The notes under the pieces are model-generated. The model saw only the letters and a list, made by a program, of their open reading frames with translations. It was not told the DNA's origin and did no database searches. Below are positions 39,587 through 52,330 of a stretch of 64,000 nucleotides of DNA, piece after piece. The stretch lies in NCBI GenBank assembly GCA_951406725.2, contig OX597825.1, forward strand, positions 59,210,001 through 59,274,000. The letters run 5' to 3'. This DNA is from Octopus vulgaris (Eukaryota). Positions within the stretch are counted from its first letter, which is position 1, and each line of letters begins with the position of its first letter. A program made the position numbers and the translations under genes.

Positions 39587-39926
39587 GTGTCTCTAAAAGA
39601 AATGGAGAAACTTTCAAAATACAAAGACCTGGAAATGGAGGTAACCAGAATGTGGAATCTAAAAACAGAAACAATTCCTATCATAGTAGGTGCATTAGGC
39701 ATGATAAAAAAATATTCAGACAAATACATAACAAAAACACCAGGACTTACAAACACATACAGCATACAGAAAATTGCACTACTAGGCACACTGCACATAT
39801 CCTACGCAGAACACTTTCCATACAATAACCATCAGAGCATCACAACAAATCACAGCACATACCCAAGGCACACAGAGCTGCACTCGGTAGTGAAGTGAAA
39901 GCACGCTATAAAAAATAAAACTACTG
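39587..39926 (+). mobile_element. 5'-truncated Dong/R4-clade non-LTR retrotransposon (REL endonuclease C-terminus plus 3' UTR) inside (TAA)n
   Basis: VSLKEMEKLSKYKDLEMEVTRMWNLKTETIPIIVGALGMI..IQKIALLGT/(frameshift)AHILRRTLS matches R4/Dong EK..KY.DL..E..R.W....P.V.GALG..QK.ALLGTAHILR; (TAA)n on both sides. Confidence 0.9.
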
Positions 39927-40003
39927 AATAATAATAATAATAATAATGATAATAATATATTTTAAAAAAGATTGACGTAACTCTTCACAAAGGTAAACAG
40001 TCA

Positions 40004-40200
40004 AGACGAAGAGCGCGATTTGATTGTAATTCTATTGAACGATATTTCAACAGTATGTCTGTCTTTGTCAAGTACAAAATAAGAAGTGGTAAAATTTAAA
40101 TTTCTGAATTTTTATCACTTCTTATTTTGAACTTGACAAAGACAGACATACTGTTGAAATATCATTCAATAAAATTACAATCGAATCGTGCTCTTCGTCT
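40004..40200. repeat. Imperfect palindrome (arms about 92 bp) with a decayed hammerhead motif on each strand
   Basis: agacgaagagcgcgattt...aatcgtgctcttcgtct; GAAC-TTGACAA-A-GACAG(acata)CTGTT-GAAA-TA-TC at about 40129-40163 and mirrored in the left arm. Confidence 0.85.
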
Positions 40201-40226
40201 AATAATTATTATTAATAATAATAATG

Positions 40227-40259
<33 letters not shown>

Positions 40260-40262
<3 letters not shown>

Positions 40263-40473
40263 GTTTCAATTTTTGCCACAATGGCAGCAATTTTGGGGGA
40301 AGGGATGAGTTGATGACATTGACCCCAGTGTTAAACTGGTACTTAACGTATTGACCTTGAAAGGGTGAAAAGCAAAGTCAGCCTCAGTGGAATTTGAACT
40401 CAGAATGTAGTGATGGGTAAAATACCACTAAGTATTTCATCCAGCATGCTAACGATTCTGCCAGCTCACTGCC

Positions 40474-40475
<2 letters not shown>
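40260..40475 (-). mobile_element. SINE family A embedded in (TAA)n
   Basis: Family A consensus with TAA tracts on both sides. Confidence 0.88.
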
Positions 40476-40549
<74 letters not shown>

Positions 40550-40699
40550 TAATAATGATATTGATAACAATTTCTTTAATGTTGCAACCACAGTCCAGTC
40601 ATACATACATTCTCCAATGTTTTACAAAAGATTTTACTAAAAATGTTAAGGTGTGTACATACTAAGCTACAAAGAAAATCAGGAGTGGGGTAAAACATA

Positions 40700-40740
<41 letters not shown>

Positions 40741-41036
40741 AAATGTAAGGAGTATACGTCAATTGACATATATTAATTGGTAGGTACAATGAGTGCTTAG
40801 ATTGGTTTACCAATAAAACTCCAGTTTGAAGTGCAAATGGAAACAAGGCTTTGAGATTGTCTATCCAAGGCAGCTAGAAACATGTAGGTGAGTGTGTGTG
40901 TGTGTGTATGCATGTATGTGTGTGTATATATATATATATATATATCTGATCTGACCTGAGACCCCCTTCGGTCATGACACTGACCATGGGATTGCACTTA
41001 AAAAGTACCCTCCCAGGCACAAGTCCAGGCAAATAC

Positions 41037-41095
<59 letters not shown>

Positions 41096-41097
41096 TA

Positions 41098-41259
<162 letters not shown>

Positions 41260-41268
41260 ATATATATT

Positions 41269-41851
41269 GTGGTGAAGCACGACCTTCAAACTTTAGGTCT
41301 CACCGAGGAAATGACTAGAGACCGAGACCTTTGGAAGTATGCTGTGCGTGAGAAGACCCGGCAGGTCAAGTGAGACCATAACCCGTGGCCTCTACCTGGG
41401 ATGTAGCCAGTCCACTTATGCATACCTTTCCTTCTTGGGACACAATACTCTACTTGTGAAGACCTGTTGAGGCAAGTAAAAATTAAAATCGAAATCGAAA
41501 TTGATCAACATCAATGGAAATTGCAGCTGCGATACCAGTACCGGTGGTACGTAAGAAAACCATCCGAAAACCATCCAGCCCCGACTGGCCTCGTGCCGGT
41601 GGCATGTAAAATGCACCATCCGATCGAGGCCGTTTGCCAGCCTTGTCTGGCACCTGTGCCGGTGGCACATAAAAGCATCCACTACACACACGGAGTGGTT
41701 GGCGTTAGGAAGGGCGTCCAGCTGTAGAAACATTGCCAGATGAGACTGGGCCTGGTGCAGCCTTCTGGCTTCCCAAACCCCAGTTGAACCGTCCAACCCA
41801 TGCTAGCATGGAAAGCGGATGCTAAACGATGATGATGATGATGATGATGAT
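41269..41851 (+). mobile_element. RTE-clade LINE 3' end: ORF C-terminus, stop at 41371-41373, about 480-bp 3' UTR with (GAT)n tail
   Basis: [34 protein letters not shown] (RTE V..DL..LG......DR..W pattern). This identifies the abundant family E repeat as this LINE's 3' UTR. Confidence 0.9.
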
Positions 41852-41924
41852 ATATTAATATATATATATATGTGTATGTGCATATATGTATAGATAGATA
41901 GATAGATAGACAAATAGATAGATA

Positions 41925-41975
<51 letters not shown>

Positions 41976-42310
41976 GTGTGTGTGTGTGTCTGTATATATG
42001 AAAAGTACTTTTGTCTTTCAAAGATTTGCGATTGGAAGAGTTGCTTGGAAATCTGCAATAACTTAATTGACAAAAGCATGGTATGTGTGTGTGTATGTGC
42101 GTTTGGGTTTGCTCCCCCATCCCCACACACCCCTCTAATTGGCAACCTGTGTCACTTGCTCATGCTCCCATAACTTAACAGTTCATCAAAGGAAATTGAG
42201 AAAATAAGTATCGAGGTTTAAAAAATGAGTACTGGGATCGATTTGTTTGACCAAGCCCTTCAAGGCAGTACCCCAGTATACCCTCAGTTCAACAAGAAAA
42301 TCAAGTTTAA

Positions 42311-42531
42311 CCCTTTTGTTACTGTATTTTCTTTGAAATGCTCTATGTTGCTTTCAGTTATTTTAAATATAACAAAGAATTTAGTAAAATAACTTAGTTA
42401 TCATTCAGTTAGTGTTAGGAACATAAATTGAGACTAAGGCTTGGTGAAATATTTTAATTCAAAACTTATGAAAACAAGACATTTTTACTAGAGAACCAGA
42501 GCCGGTTTTGGCCGGGTTAGTAACAAAAGGG
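42311..42531. mobile_element. piggyBac-type MITE
   Basis: TTAA|CCCTTTTGTTACT ... AGTAACAAAAGGG|TTAA: perfect 13-bp TIRs with TTAA TSD. Confidence 0.92.
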
Positions 42532-43581
42532 TTAAGAAAAGAAAAAATACACATACATGCATATACATATATACAAACACACACACACACAGACACTCAT
42601 ATGCATGTACACTTGGCCATACTCAAGAAGACTGGCACCCCACAGCAGAAGTGTTATGACCAATCCTGCTGGTGGTATAAAGCACTTATGGCAGTGCTAT
42701 GTGAAAGTGTTTATGCAGTGCCACATAAAAGTACCTGTGCAGTGCTATGTAAAAGCACCTGTACAGTGATGTGTAAAAGCACCCAGCACACTCAAGTGGT
42801 TTGCATTAGGAAGGGCATCCAGCCGTAGAAACCATGCCAAATCAGACCGGAGTCTGGTGCAGCTCCTCAGCTTGCCAGCTCTGGTCAAATTGCCCAACCC
42901 ATCCCAGTATGGACAACAGACATTAAATGATGGTGATGATGATTTGAAAAATATTGAGGAAAAGTTGGAAATGCATCAAAATTTTCATTTTTTTGTATGT
43001 ATATATATATATATATATATATATACATAAAACTGAATCTAAATTTTACTGAATTTATATATATATATATAAGTTCAGTAAAATTTAGATTCAGTTGAAT
43101 ATGGTACTTAAGTTAAAGGCACCAGAATTTAGTATGGTATTATCCATATAATTCAAAATGGGGTGATTACAATCAGAATAAGCAACAAGGATATCTAGAG
43201 GTAATGCAGTACAATCGTTTCATGCAACTCCATTTAATTGAACAATGTAAATATTACATCAGTTTTAAAATGTAGAGCAATCTTCAGGTCCATAAAAATA
43301 TAGAATTCAGTTAAATTCAAAGGATTCATTTGTATAGTTATTCTATTAACCAAAATCACAAAGAGGATAAGTAGATAGACAAAGAACATGTTTCATCAAC
43401 ACCATCATAATTGTAACTGATATTTTTTCACAGAAAGATACTGCTTATCATTGATTTTACTTTGTTATTTAGATTTATTACTGGGGGGGCGGGGGTAGTC
43501 CTAATTTTATAGACTAGTTTATCAAGTTTAATGGAAACTAGAATCTATCTTTTATGGATAGAGTAAAAAAAGACAGTTTAA

Positions 43582-43801
43582 CCCTTTCGTTACTGTTTTT
43601 ATTTTGAGATGCTCTGTGTTTCTTTCAATTACTTTAAATATAACAAAGAATTTAGTAAAATAACTTGGTTATCATGAAGCTAGTGTTAGGAACATAAATT
43701 GTGACTAAGGTTTGGTGGAAGATTTTAATTCAAAACTTATGAAAACAAGACATTTGTACTCAGAGCCAGAGCCGGTTTCAGCCGGGTTGGTAACAAAAGT
43801 G
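43582..43801. mobile_element. piggyBac-type MITE
   Basis: TTAA|CCCTTTCGTTAC ... GTAACAAAAGTG|TTAA; same family as 42311. Confidence 0.9.
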
Positions 43802-44511
43802 TTAAGTGGCTTCTTTCAGTTTTTGTGTGCCAAACCCACACAGAAGGCTTCGGTTGACCTGAAGCTATAGTACAAGACACTTGCCCAAGGAGCCAAGCAT
43901 TAGGACTGAACCTGGAAACATGTGGTTGGGAAGCAAGCTTCTTGCCGCACAACCATGCCTGTTTACTGAACAGCAGATGTTGAATGTGTTATATCTTTTA
44001 TCTGTTTCTTGTTTCACTCACTGGACTGTTATCATGCTGAGGTATCTCCTTCAAGGGTTTAGTCAAGAAAATAGACCCCTGTATTTCATGTTTTTAAAAG
44101 AAGAGGGATATCAACTGATTTACAAACTCAATATCATTCTAATCTATAGTAGATATTATATATGAATGATGTAACACTATGTGTTGTATTTCTATGTTGG
44201 AATGCCACCTCCTGACACTTTGATGGTTTTAACAGACAGCATACGAACTGGAAAAATGGTTGGAGAACACTTTTGATCCCTAGACTTGGATGAACTCTCA
44301 GAAAATATGCAAAATAAACAATGTTCGTTGCAGAGTTTGAAAATCTGATAGATACAAACAAGTAGCTATTTGATTAATACACACATACATGCATAGACAC
44401 ACAAACACACATATTTAGATATATGTATATGTATGTGTCTATGTCTCTGTCTGCCTGCCTGCCTGTCTGTCTGTTTGTCTCTCTTTATTTATATATATAT
44501 ATATATATATA

Positions 44512-45073
44512 TAGTTGTAAAATCTCAAGAAGAGATCAGAGTAGTAACTGTACTACTAACCAGTAAAGTTAATTGCCACATCAAAGTGGCTCTTCCTTGT
44601 TACTATTAGTTTAACCCCAGGCAGATCTTCCACCAGCCTGCACCCTGTACATACATATATATTACTAGCAAGGGGAGTGGACACCTACCATCCTCTAGTA
44701 GACAACAGGATCGCGTGACTGACAGTTTTGAGTGGGTTGGCTCATCTTCAGTCATGAGCACCTAGTTGCCAGTGAGATAGCCAGAGTTTGCTCTAGCCAG
44801 CAATATATTGTAAACAAAGTGACCATTGGTCACTGACTTGCCAGAAGGAAAGTAGCTAGTTGTAAACTTTCAAGAAGAGATCAGGATAGTAATTGCACTA
44901 ACCAGCGATCCACTTGTCTGCTAGACGATGGTAGGGGTTTACTCTCCTGCTAGCGATATATATGTATGTACAGGGTGCAGGCTGCACCGATAACCAGCTC
45001 ATGGAAGACCTGCCTAGGGTTAAACTAGTAGTGACATGGAACAATCACTCTGATGTGGCAATTAACTTTACTG
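44512..45073. mobile_element. Penelope-like remnant: partial tandem plus inverted segment, with hammerhead motif (minus, about 44716-44752)
   Basis: Direct repeat 44512-44553/44858-44904; inverted arms about 44552-44705 and 44914-45073; minus strand reads CTGAAGA-T-GAG(ccaaccca)CTC-AAAAC-T-GTC. Confidence 0.65.
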
Positions 45074-45187
45074 ATATATATACATATATATATATAGTTG
45101 AAATTTACAGAAAAGCAAAAGGCAAAGACAGGTGTATAAACAACAAACATGTGCATTAGTTTAATTCTCGGGAAGGTGAGAAAATCT

Positions 45188-45221
45188 TTTATGTTTCGAG
45201 CCTATGCTCTTCAACAGAAAG
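45188..45221 (-). ncRNA. Hammerhead-like motif (one core substitution)
   Basis: CTTT-CTGTTGA-A-GAGC(atag)GCTC-GAAA-CA-TA-AAAG; same family as 49367 and 56272. Confidence 0.55.
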
Positions 45222-45502
45222 GAACATGAGGAAATAAACAGAGAGAGAATAAAAAATCTTTTGGAGCTAGTGGTCAATCATGGCAGCTACACACACATAC
45301 ACATATACACAAACACACACACACATGCACACACACTCGTGCGCACATACACACCCATGCACACACACCAACACACACGCACATATATATAAATAGATAG
45401 GTAGATGGATAGAATGATATAGATATAGACAGAAAAATAGATATGCATGTACATTTGTATATACACATACATATATGCACACACACATATATAACCACAT
45501 TC

Positions 45503-45679
45503 TACATACATACATACATACATACATACATACATACATACATACATACATACATACATACATACATACATACATACATACATACATTCATGCATGCATA
45601 CATACATACATACATACATACATACATACATACATACATACATACATACATACATACATACATACATGCATACATACAT
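45503..45679. repeat. (CATA)n microsatellite
   Basis: Read directly from the sequence. Confidence 0.98.
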
Positions 45680-45680
45680 C

Positions 45681-45956
45681 GGAGACCCCCTTCGGTCACG
45701 ACACAGACCATGGGATTGAACCTAGAAAGTTACCCTCCTAGACACAAGTCCGGGCATGGTTGTTTATGGAAGACCAGCAGTCGCCCATGCATACCAGCTT
45801 CCCCTCTCCACGCCACCAGTGTTATCCAAGGGAAAGACAAAGGTCGATACAGCTTGGCACCAGTGATGTCGCAACTCATTTCTACAGCTGAGTGAACTGG
45901 AGCAACGTGAAATAAAGTGCCTTGCTCAAGAACACAACACGCAGCCTGGTCCGGGA
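45681..45956 (-). mobile_element. SINE family G (head truncated), (TATG)n at 3' end
   Basis: Reverse complement of 63760-64000, extending further 3'. Confidence 0.88.
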
Positions 45957-46094
45957 TACATACATATATATTATAGATACCATGCCTGGGAAAACCTGTC
46001 AAGCCAAGTGAGATTGTAGTTGTGGCTGATGTCAGTGTTTTGTAACTGGCACTCCATTATGAACATTTCAGAGAGTTTGGGTGTCAGTCTGAGG

Positions 46095-46731
46095 ACATGT
46101 ACCAAGAGGGATAAAAGTAAAACATCCAGTCAACATTATGGTATTTGGAGTAATCACTAGTGATGGTAACATTATGCCTTCGTTCATCTTCCCACATGGC
46201 CTCAGACTCAACATGGAGGTCTACATCAAGTGCCTGGAGGAGATAATGCTGCCCTAGGTCAAGAAGGTGGCTGCTGGAAGACCCTATGTCTGGCAACAGG
46301 ACTCTGCACCATGCCACACTAGCAGGAGAACCCAGTCATGGCTGTCAGACAATTTCTGCAACCACACCACCCCTAACATCTGGCCACCTAACTCCCCAGA
46401 CTGCAAACCACTTGATTATTATGTGTGGGGCATAGTTGAGTGAGAGACCAACAAAATTCCTTCTAACACCAAAGATGAACTGAGGGCAAGGATTATGGCA
46501 GCATTCACCAACTTAAACAAGAAGACCGTCCAGAAAAGTTGCAGGAAATTCCTAAATTTTCTGGAGGCTGTGGTTGAAGCCAATGGCGTTTTTATTGAAT
46601 AAATTTACTCTTTAGTTTTTCAAGATATTTTTATGTAATTTTGGTAAATATCATATATCTTTTAAAATGAGATGTCAGTGTTATTTTCATTTTTGTGTAA
46701 TTTAGACAACAATATATTCACTGCACCTGTA
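46095..46731 (+). pseudogene. Tc1/mariner-superfamily DD37D (maT-type) transposase C-terminal half plus 3' terminus
   Basis: HPVNIMVFGVITSDG..YVWQQDSAPCHTSRRTQSWLSDNFCNHTTPNIWPPNSPDCKPLDYYVWG..LEAVVEANGVFIE*; 37 residues between the last two catalytic D; premature stops at 46255 and 46441; ends CACCTG|TA. Confidence 0.92.
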
Positions 46732-47503
46732 TAAACACATTTATGGATGGCATATTTTTAAGTATGCTAAAGAAAGAGAAATAAACTGAAAAACGTTTCT
46801 ATGAAATTTAATTACCACCAAACATTTCGTAGAATTGATATACCAAGTCAAAAAGAAAAAAAACCTTCATTGTTTCCATCTACTTGAAATAGATGGCTCT
46901 CTTATATTCCTTGCATTTTGTCCTTGTGGAAGTCATATGACATTAAGACTGTGAAGTGCAAGAGGAAGTGTCTCAGCTGGTTACCATAGTGTCGGTAATG
47001 TGTGTGTCATCACCAGTGCTGCCCTGTGTCCAAGACCAAAACACTTAATTGTCAATGATCTCCATTACATATTAATTAAGGAAGGCTATCAGCTGGTACA
47101 GCATAGCATGAAAATTTAGTATATTTAATGAGTTTTAGCCCTATCGTAGTTCTGGTTGAGCAAATCTCGTTCAGTGAACGAGATTTGTTGTTGTTGTCAT
47201 TGTTGTTGTTGTTTAGTCTCAGGGAAGCTTGATTAACCCTTTCGATAGCAACCTGCCAGAGACTGCACCTAGTTCTATGTATGAGTCAAACTTCTTGTTT
47301 TGAAGTGATTTAAATATAAACCTTCAATCAAAATTTCCTGAGTTCTAAACACCTGTTTAATAATTGCTGCTACAGTAGGTACAAGGCCTGAAATTTTGTG
47401 AAAGATGGGCAGTCAATTACATTGATCCCAGTACTTGACTGCTACTTATTTTATTGACCCTGATAGGATGGAAAGCATTGTTGGCCATGGCAACATTTAA
47501 ATT

Positions 47504-47870
47504 CAGGAAAAGTCATGGGATGAAGTATTAAAGGCCGATCTGAAAACGCTGAACCCCGTGAAAAAGATGACAAAGGACCAAGATATATGGCACATTGCTG
47601 TACTCAAGAAAACCTGCCCCTTTAACAGAATTGAGATCCTAAAACCAAGGTGCTATGTAAAAGGCGTTGGGGTGGGTGCTGTTATCAAATTAAAAGCACT
47701 GGTGCTGGTGCCATGTAAAAATCACTGATGATAGTGTTATGTAAATGCATCCAGCTTTTGGCATTTGGAAGGGCATCAAGCTGTAGAAACCAAACCAAAA
47801 CAGACTATGGAACATGGTATGGCCCCTGGCCTTACCAGTTCCTTTCAAGCTGTTTGACCCATATCAGCAC
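47504..47870 (+). mobile_element. Older RTE LINE 3' end
   Basis: SWDEVLKADLKTLNPVKKMTKDQDIWHIAVLKKT followed by a diverged family E UTR (ggaagggcatcaagctgtagaaacc). Confidence 0.8.
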
Positions 47871-49366
47871 ATATACACTGGATATCCTGTGTATATGGAC
47901 GCATATATACAGGATAGAAGAGTTCTGAATTTGTATTCTGTATATATGAACACATATATACAGGATAAAACAGTTTTGACTTTGTCATATGCCAGTAGAA
48001 AAATTGTTAACTAAATCTTTACCGCTTTGAAAGAGGTAAGGATTGGCAACAGGAAGAGCATCTGGCCATAGAAAATCTGACTCTATGAATTCTGTTAAAC
48101 CCAAGCATAAAAGGTGGACATTTATTTGTCACCATCATCCTCATCCTTTAACATCTGCCTTCCATGCTTCCCTCCTCCTCTTGACAGGCGAAATACTGCT
48201 GGATGAAATGCTTAGCAGTATTTTGTCCAATGCTGCGTTCTGAGTTCAAATTCCACTGAGGTCGACTTTGCCTTTCATCTTTTCTGGGTCGATTAAATAA
48301 AGTACCAGTTACGCACTTAGGTTAATGTAATTGACTGAATCTCCTCCCCTAAACTGCCCTTATGGCAAAAATTATTATTATTATTATTGATGATGATGAT
48401 GATGAGAGTGGTGACGGCAGTTGTGATGATGGTAATGATGATGATGAATTAAATAAATTGTCACATAAATAGATAATTTTTGATAAATAAATAAAAAGTA
48501 AATAATTAATTAATTAATAAACTCAAAAACTAATTAAAAATTTTATTGAATGTTTCATTAATGAAGAACATAAATAATCATTTATTCCATGATAAACTGA
48601 ATAATTAAATAAACCTCCCCTCCCCCTTCTCCTCCCCTTTACCCCTCCTCCTCCTCATCACCATCATCATCAATTTATGTTCAGTTCTCCATACATGCAT
48701 GGGTCAAATGGAATTTTCTTTGGCTTGATGCTCATCCCGTCACCCCCCCATACCCCACCTGTTTTTAAGGAAAGTAACACCTCCACATGGCCAAACTTGT
48801 TTTTCTTTTATAGAAGATTGGAAACAAGGTACATTGCTTGTGTGATGGTGATGCTTGTTTTTAACCACCACAGCGTTTCAAAACAAAGAATCTTAAATAC
48901 AATTACACACAATAATAATAACATACAGAAATCAGGTATGTTTCTATTTGTATTGCTTGGCTTGTATTCTGAATACTAGCCTATCCTGATGTTGGTGTCC
49001 TTCATCATAGTACACTGGATATTGTAGTGGAGTGTGGAACCCTTTACTGAACCTGATATTTGGTTTTTATGTCACACTTCACAGCACCTACATGTATATG
49101 CATTCATGTATACATACATCTATACAAGACTTTTCTCAGGTTTAAAATGCGACACTGCTTTCGTTATCTACATTTCGTTATCTACTTTTCAAAGATAGAG
49201 CTTGATTAGAAAGCAATTCCATCTTCAGAGGAAGAATTTAATTAATTAAATACAGAAGAGACATACATAGTCAATTTGAGTAATTGAACATTAGAAATAA
49301 CAATAACAAAACAAGAGGACGTGGCATATAGAATGTATTAGTTTGATGCTTGGTAAATAGAGAGAG

Positions 49367-49402
49367 TTTTTGACATTTTGAGCATAGCTCTTCATCAGAA
49401 AG
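49367..49402 (-). ncRNA. Decayed hammerhead motif
   Basis: TTT-CTGATGA-A-GAGC(tat)GCTC-AAAA-TG-TC-AAA; GAAA to AAAA is consistent with CpG decay. Confidence 0.5.
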
Positions 49403-49760
49403 GAAGGCAAAAATGTCCAGAGAAGGAAAAAAATTCACGTGCATAGTTAAATGGCTGATTGATACATACATCATACATATAAGATAATAAAAAAGTCCAG
49501 TGTATACATAGGCAATCTGACCATCCCAAAAGTATGTATATAAATATGTGAGTGTGCGTGTGTGTGTGTGTGTTACCATACACACACAAATGTGTTTAAT
49601 TATATATATATGTATATGTTATATAAGAAAAAGAGATGACATGGGAATAACAATAGTTATGTTGTGAACATTATTTGCTTACAGTTCTTTCTGCTACAAG
49701 ATGCAATGTTTATCCTTCTGTCATCTCTTTTTTCTTATTACTGCTCTATATTCATTTAAT

Positions 49761-50253
49761 GTGGAGGCGCGTGGCTTAGTGGTTAGGGTGTCAGCATCAT
49801 GTTCATAAGATTGTGGTTTCGATTCCTGGACCGGGTGACGCGTTGTGTTCTTGAGCAAAACACTTAATTTCATTTTGCTCCTGTCCACTCAGCTGGCAAA
49901 AATGAGTAACGCTGTGATGGACTGGCGTCCCATCCAGCTGGGGAACACATACGCCATTGAAACTGGGAAACCGGGCCCATGAGCCTAGCTAGGCTTTAAA
50001 AGGGTGCATTTGTGGAGGTGTGTGGCTTAGTGGTTAGGGCGTCAGCCTCATGATCATAAGATTGTGGTTTCAATTCCTGGACTTGGCGACGCGTTGTGTT
50101 CTTGAGCAAAACACTTCATTTCACATTCCTCCAGTTCACTCAGCTGGCAAAAATGAGTAACGCTGCAATGGACTGGCATCCTGTCTAGCTGGGGAACACG
50201 TACGCCACTGAAACTGGGCCCATGAGCCTGGCTAGACTTTAAAAGGGCACATT
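49761..50253 (+). mobile_element. Head-to-tail dimer of SINE family C
   Basis: Units 49761-50011 and 50012-50253, both starting GTGGAGG. Confidence 0.92.
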
Positions 50254-50384
50254 AATTTTTTTAATACTCATCTAATACTTTGTTCTGAAACATAAGTATA
50301 TTGGGTTCTACATCAGGTTATTAGTCTTGCAATGCCTAAGAGAAATATTAGAACAAAAACTCCCATCCAGAAGAATTCCAACAA

Positions 50385-50419
<35 letters not shown>

Positions 50420-50646
50420 TGTTGACGAAGCGGAGTGTGGAGATTTATTCACATCCATAACATTTTTATTAATTTTTCTACAACACATATAATACTGAGC
50501 TACATATGTTTTGACTGCAGTGACTACTCATTGCTCTGTATGCAATTATGCATCCTAGTTGCTGCAATTTCATCAACAGTCCATCACTCATGATGTTGTC
50601 AAAGCAAACTCATATACACACACATGCACATATACATATATAAGTG

Positions 50647-50838
50647 TTGGCACGTAAAAAGCACCCACTACACTTGCGGAGTGGTTGGCGTTAGGAAGGG
50701 CATCCAGCTGTAGAAACACTGCTAGATCAGACTGGAGCCTGGTGCAGCCCCTGGCTTCCCAGACCCCGGTCGAACCGTCCAACCCGTGCTAGCGCGGAAA
50801 ACGGACGTTAAACGATGATGATGATGATGATGATGATG
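50647..50838 (+). mobile_element. RTE 3'-UTR copy (family E), young
   Basis: CpGs intact; (GAT)n tail. Confidence 0.88.
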
Positions 50839-51579
50839 AATGGGTTTTTTAATTTTACTTTCCTTCTACCAAATTTACTCACAAGACTTTGGTCAACCGA
50901 AGGTTCTAATAGAAGACATTTGCCCAAAGTACCATGCAGTGGGATTGAACCCAGAGGGGCTGAACACTGCTTGGAAGCAAGTTTCTTAACCAGACAGCCA
51001 CACCTGTGCATATAAGATCTTTAAACCAAAGTTCATTGCTCGTGTTTTTACTCATCTGTTCTTTTCCCCTATCTGACATCATTAATCTCTATGTGTTAGC
51101 ACCGTGCAAAAAGGTTCACAGCCACTAACTACTTATGCTTTGATGACCAACAACAACAACAACAACAACAACAATAATGATGATGATGATGATGATAATA
51201 ATTGCATGAATATTAATAACAGCTGAGGTAAAAATAAGGTCAGTGAAGAGTTCACTTCACTGACCAGCAACAGCTGTGATGACCAACCAAAGCTGCAATG
51301 ACATATGACTCATATATATATATATACAAGCTATAGCTTCTTCACCCAGACTTTTAATACTTGAAACTTTTCACTTCTGCCTCATATCTGTCTGTCTCTC
51401 TCTGATTCTGTCTGCTTTTCTCTCTCCTTGCTTCTGCCTGTCTGCTTGTTTCTTTCTCTCTCTCTCTCTCTCTCACACACACATACACACACATTATATA
51501 TTTTTTTATTCTTTTACTTGCTTCAGTCATTTGACTGCAGCCATGCTGGAACACCACCTTGAGGGGTTTTAGTCGAACC

Positions 51580-51846
51580 CGGGCTGGGCTGGCGTCCGTG
51601 CTGGTGGCACGTAAAAAGCACCAACTGATCGTGGCCGTTGCCAGCCTCCTCTGGCCCCTGTGTCGGTGGCACGTAAAAAGCACCCACTACACTCATGGAG
51701 TGGTTGGCATTATGAAGGGCATCCAGCTGTGGAAACACTGCCTGATCAGACTGGAGCCTGGTGCAGCCTCCTGGCTCCCCAGAACCCGGTCGAAACGTCC
51801 AACCCATGCTAGCATGGAAAATGTACATTAAACAATGATGATGATG
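51580..51846 (+). mobile_element. RTE 3'-UTR copy inserted into a minus-strand family B SINE
   Basis: Family B 3' body at 51510-51575 resumes at about 51848 (aatcgactccaggacttatt). Confidence 0.8.
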
Positions 51847-52330
51847 AAATCGACTCCAGGACTTATTTTGTAATCCTAGTACTTATTCTTTCAGTCTCTT
51901 TTGCGGAATCGCTAAGTTATGAGGACATAAACACACCAACACCAGTTGTGAAACGGTGATGGAGGACACACACACTCACACTCACACTCACACTCACACA
52001 CACACACACATATAGCTTTTATTTTTTATCTTTTACTTGTTTCAATCATTAGACTGCAGTCATGCTCAAGCACTGCCTTGGAAAATTTTTTAGTCAAATG
52101 AATTGCCCTCAGTACTTATTTTTTCAAGTGCTAGGGTTGATTCTATCAGTCGCTTTTGCTGAACTGCAAAGCACCAGGGATGTAAACACACCAGCACTGG
52201 TTGTCAAGCAGTGGAGGGGGACAAACACAGACACATGCACACACAGACAAACGCGCACATATATATATATATATATATATATAGTGAATTGAAGAAATGG
52301 AGTTGAACGAAGATTGAACAGAAATCGTTT

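Noticed and set aside
47161-47187. 27-bp palindrome CAAATCTCGTTCA-G-TGAACGAGATTTG
   Set aside because: Real but isolated and short; no functional call is supportable.
51238-51265. Hairpin GGTCAGTGAAG-agttca-CTTCACTGACC
   Set aside because: 11-bp stem with no ribozyme core or U-tract; too short for a pre-miRNA call.
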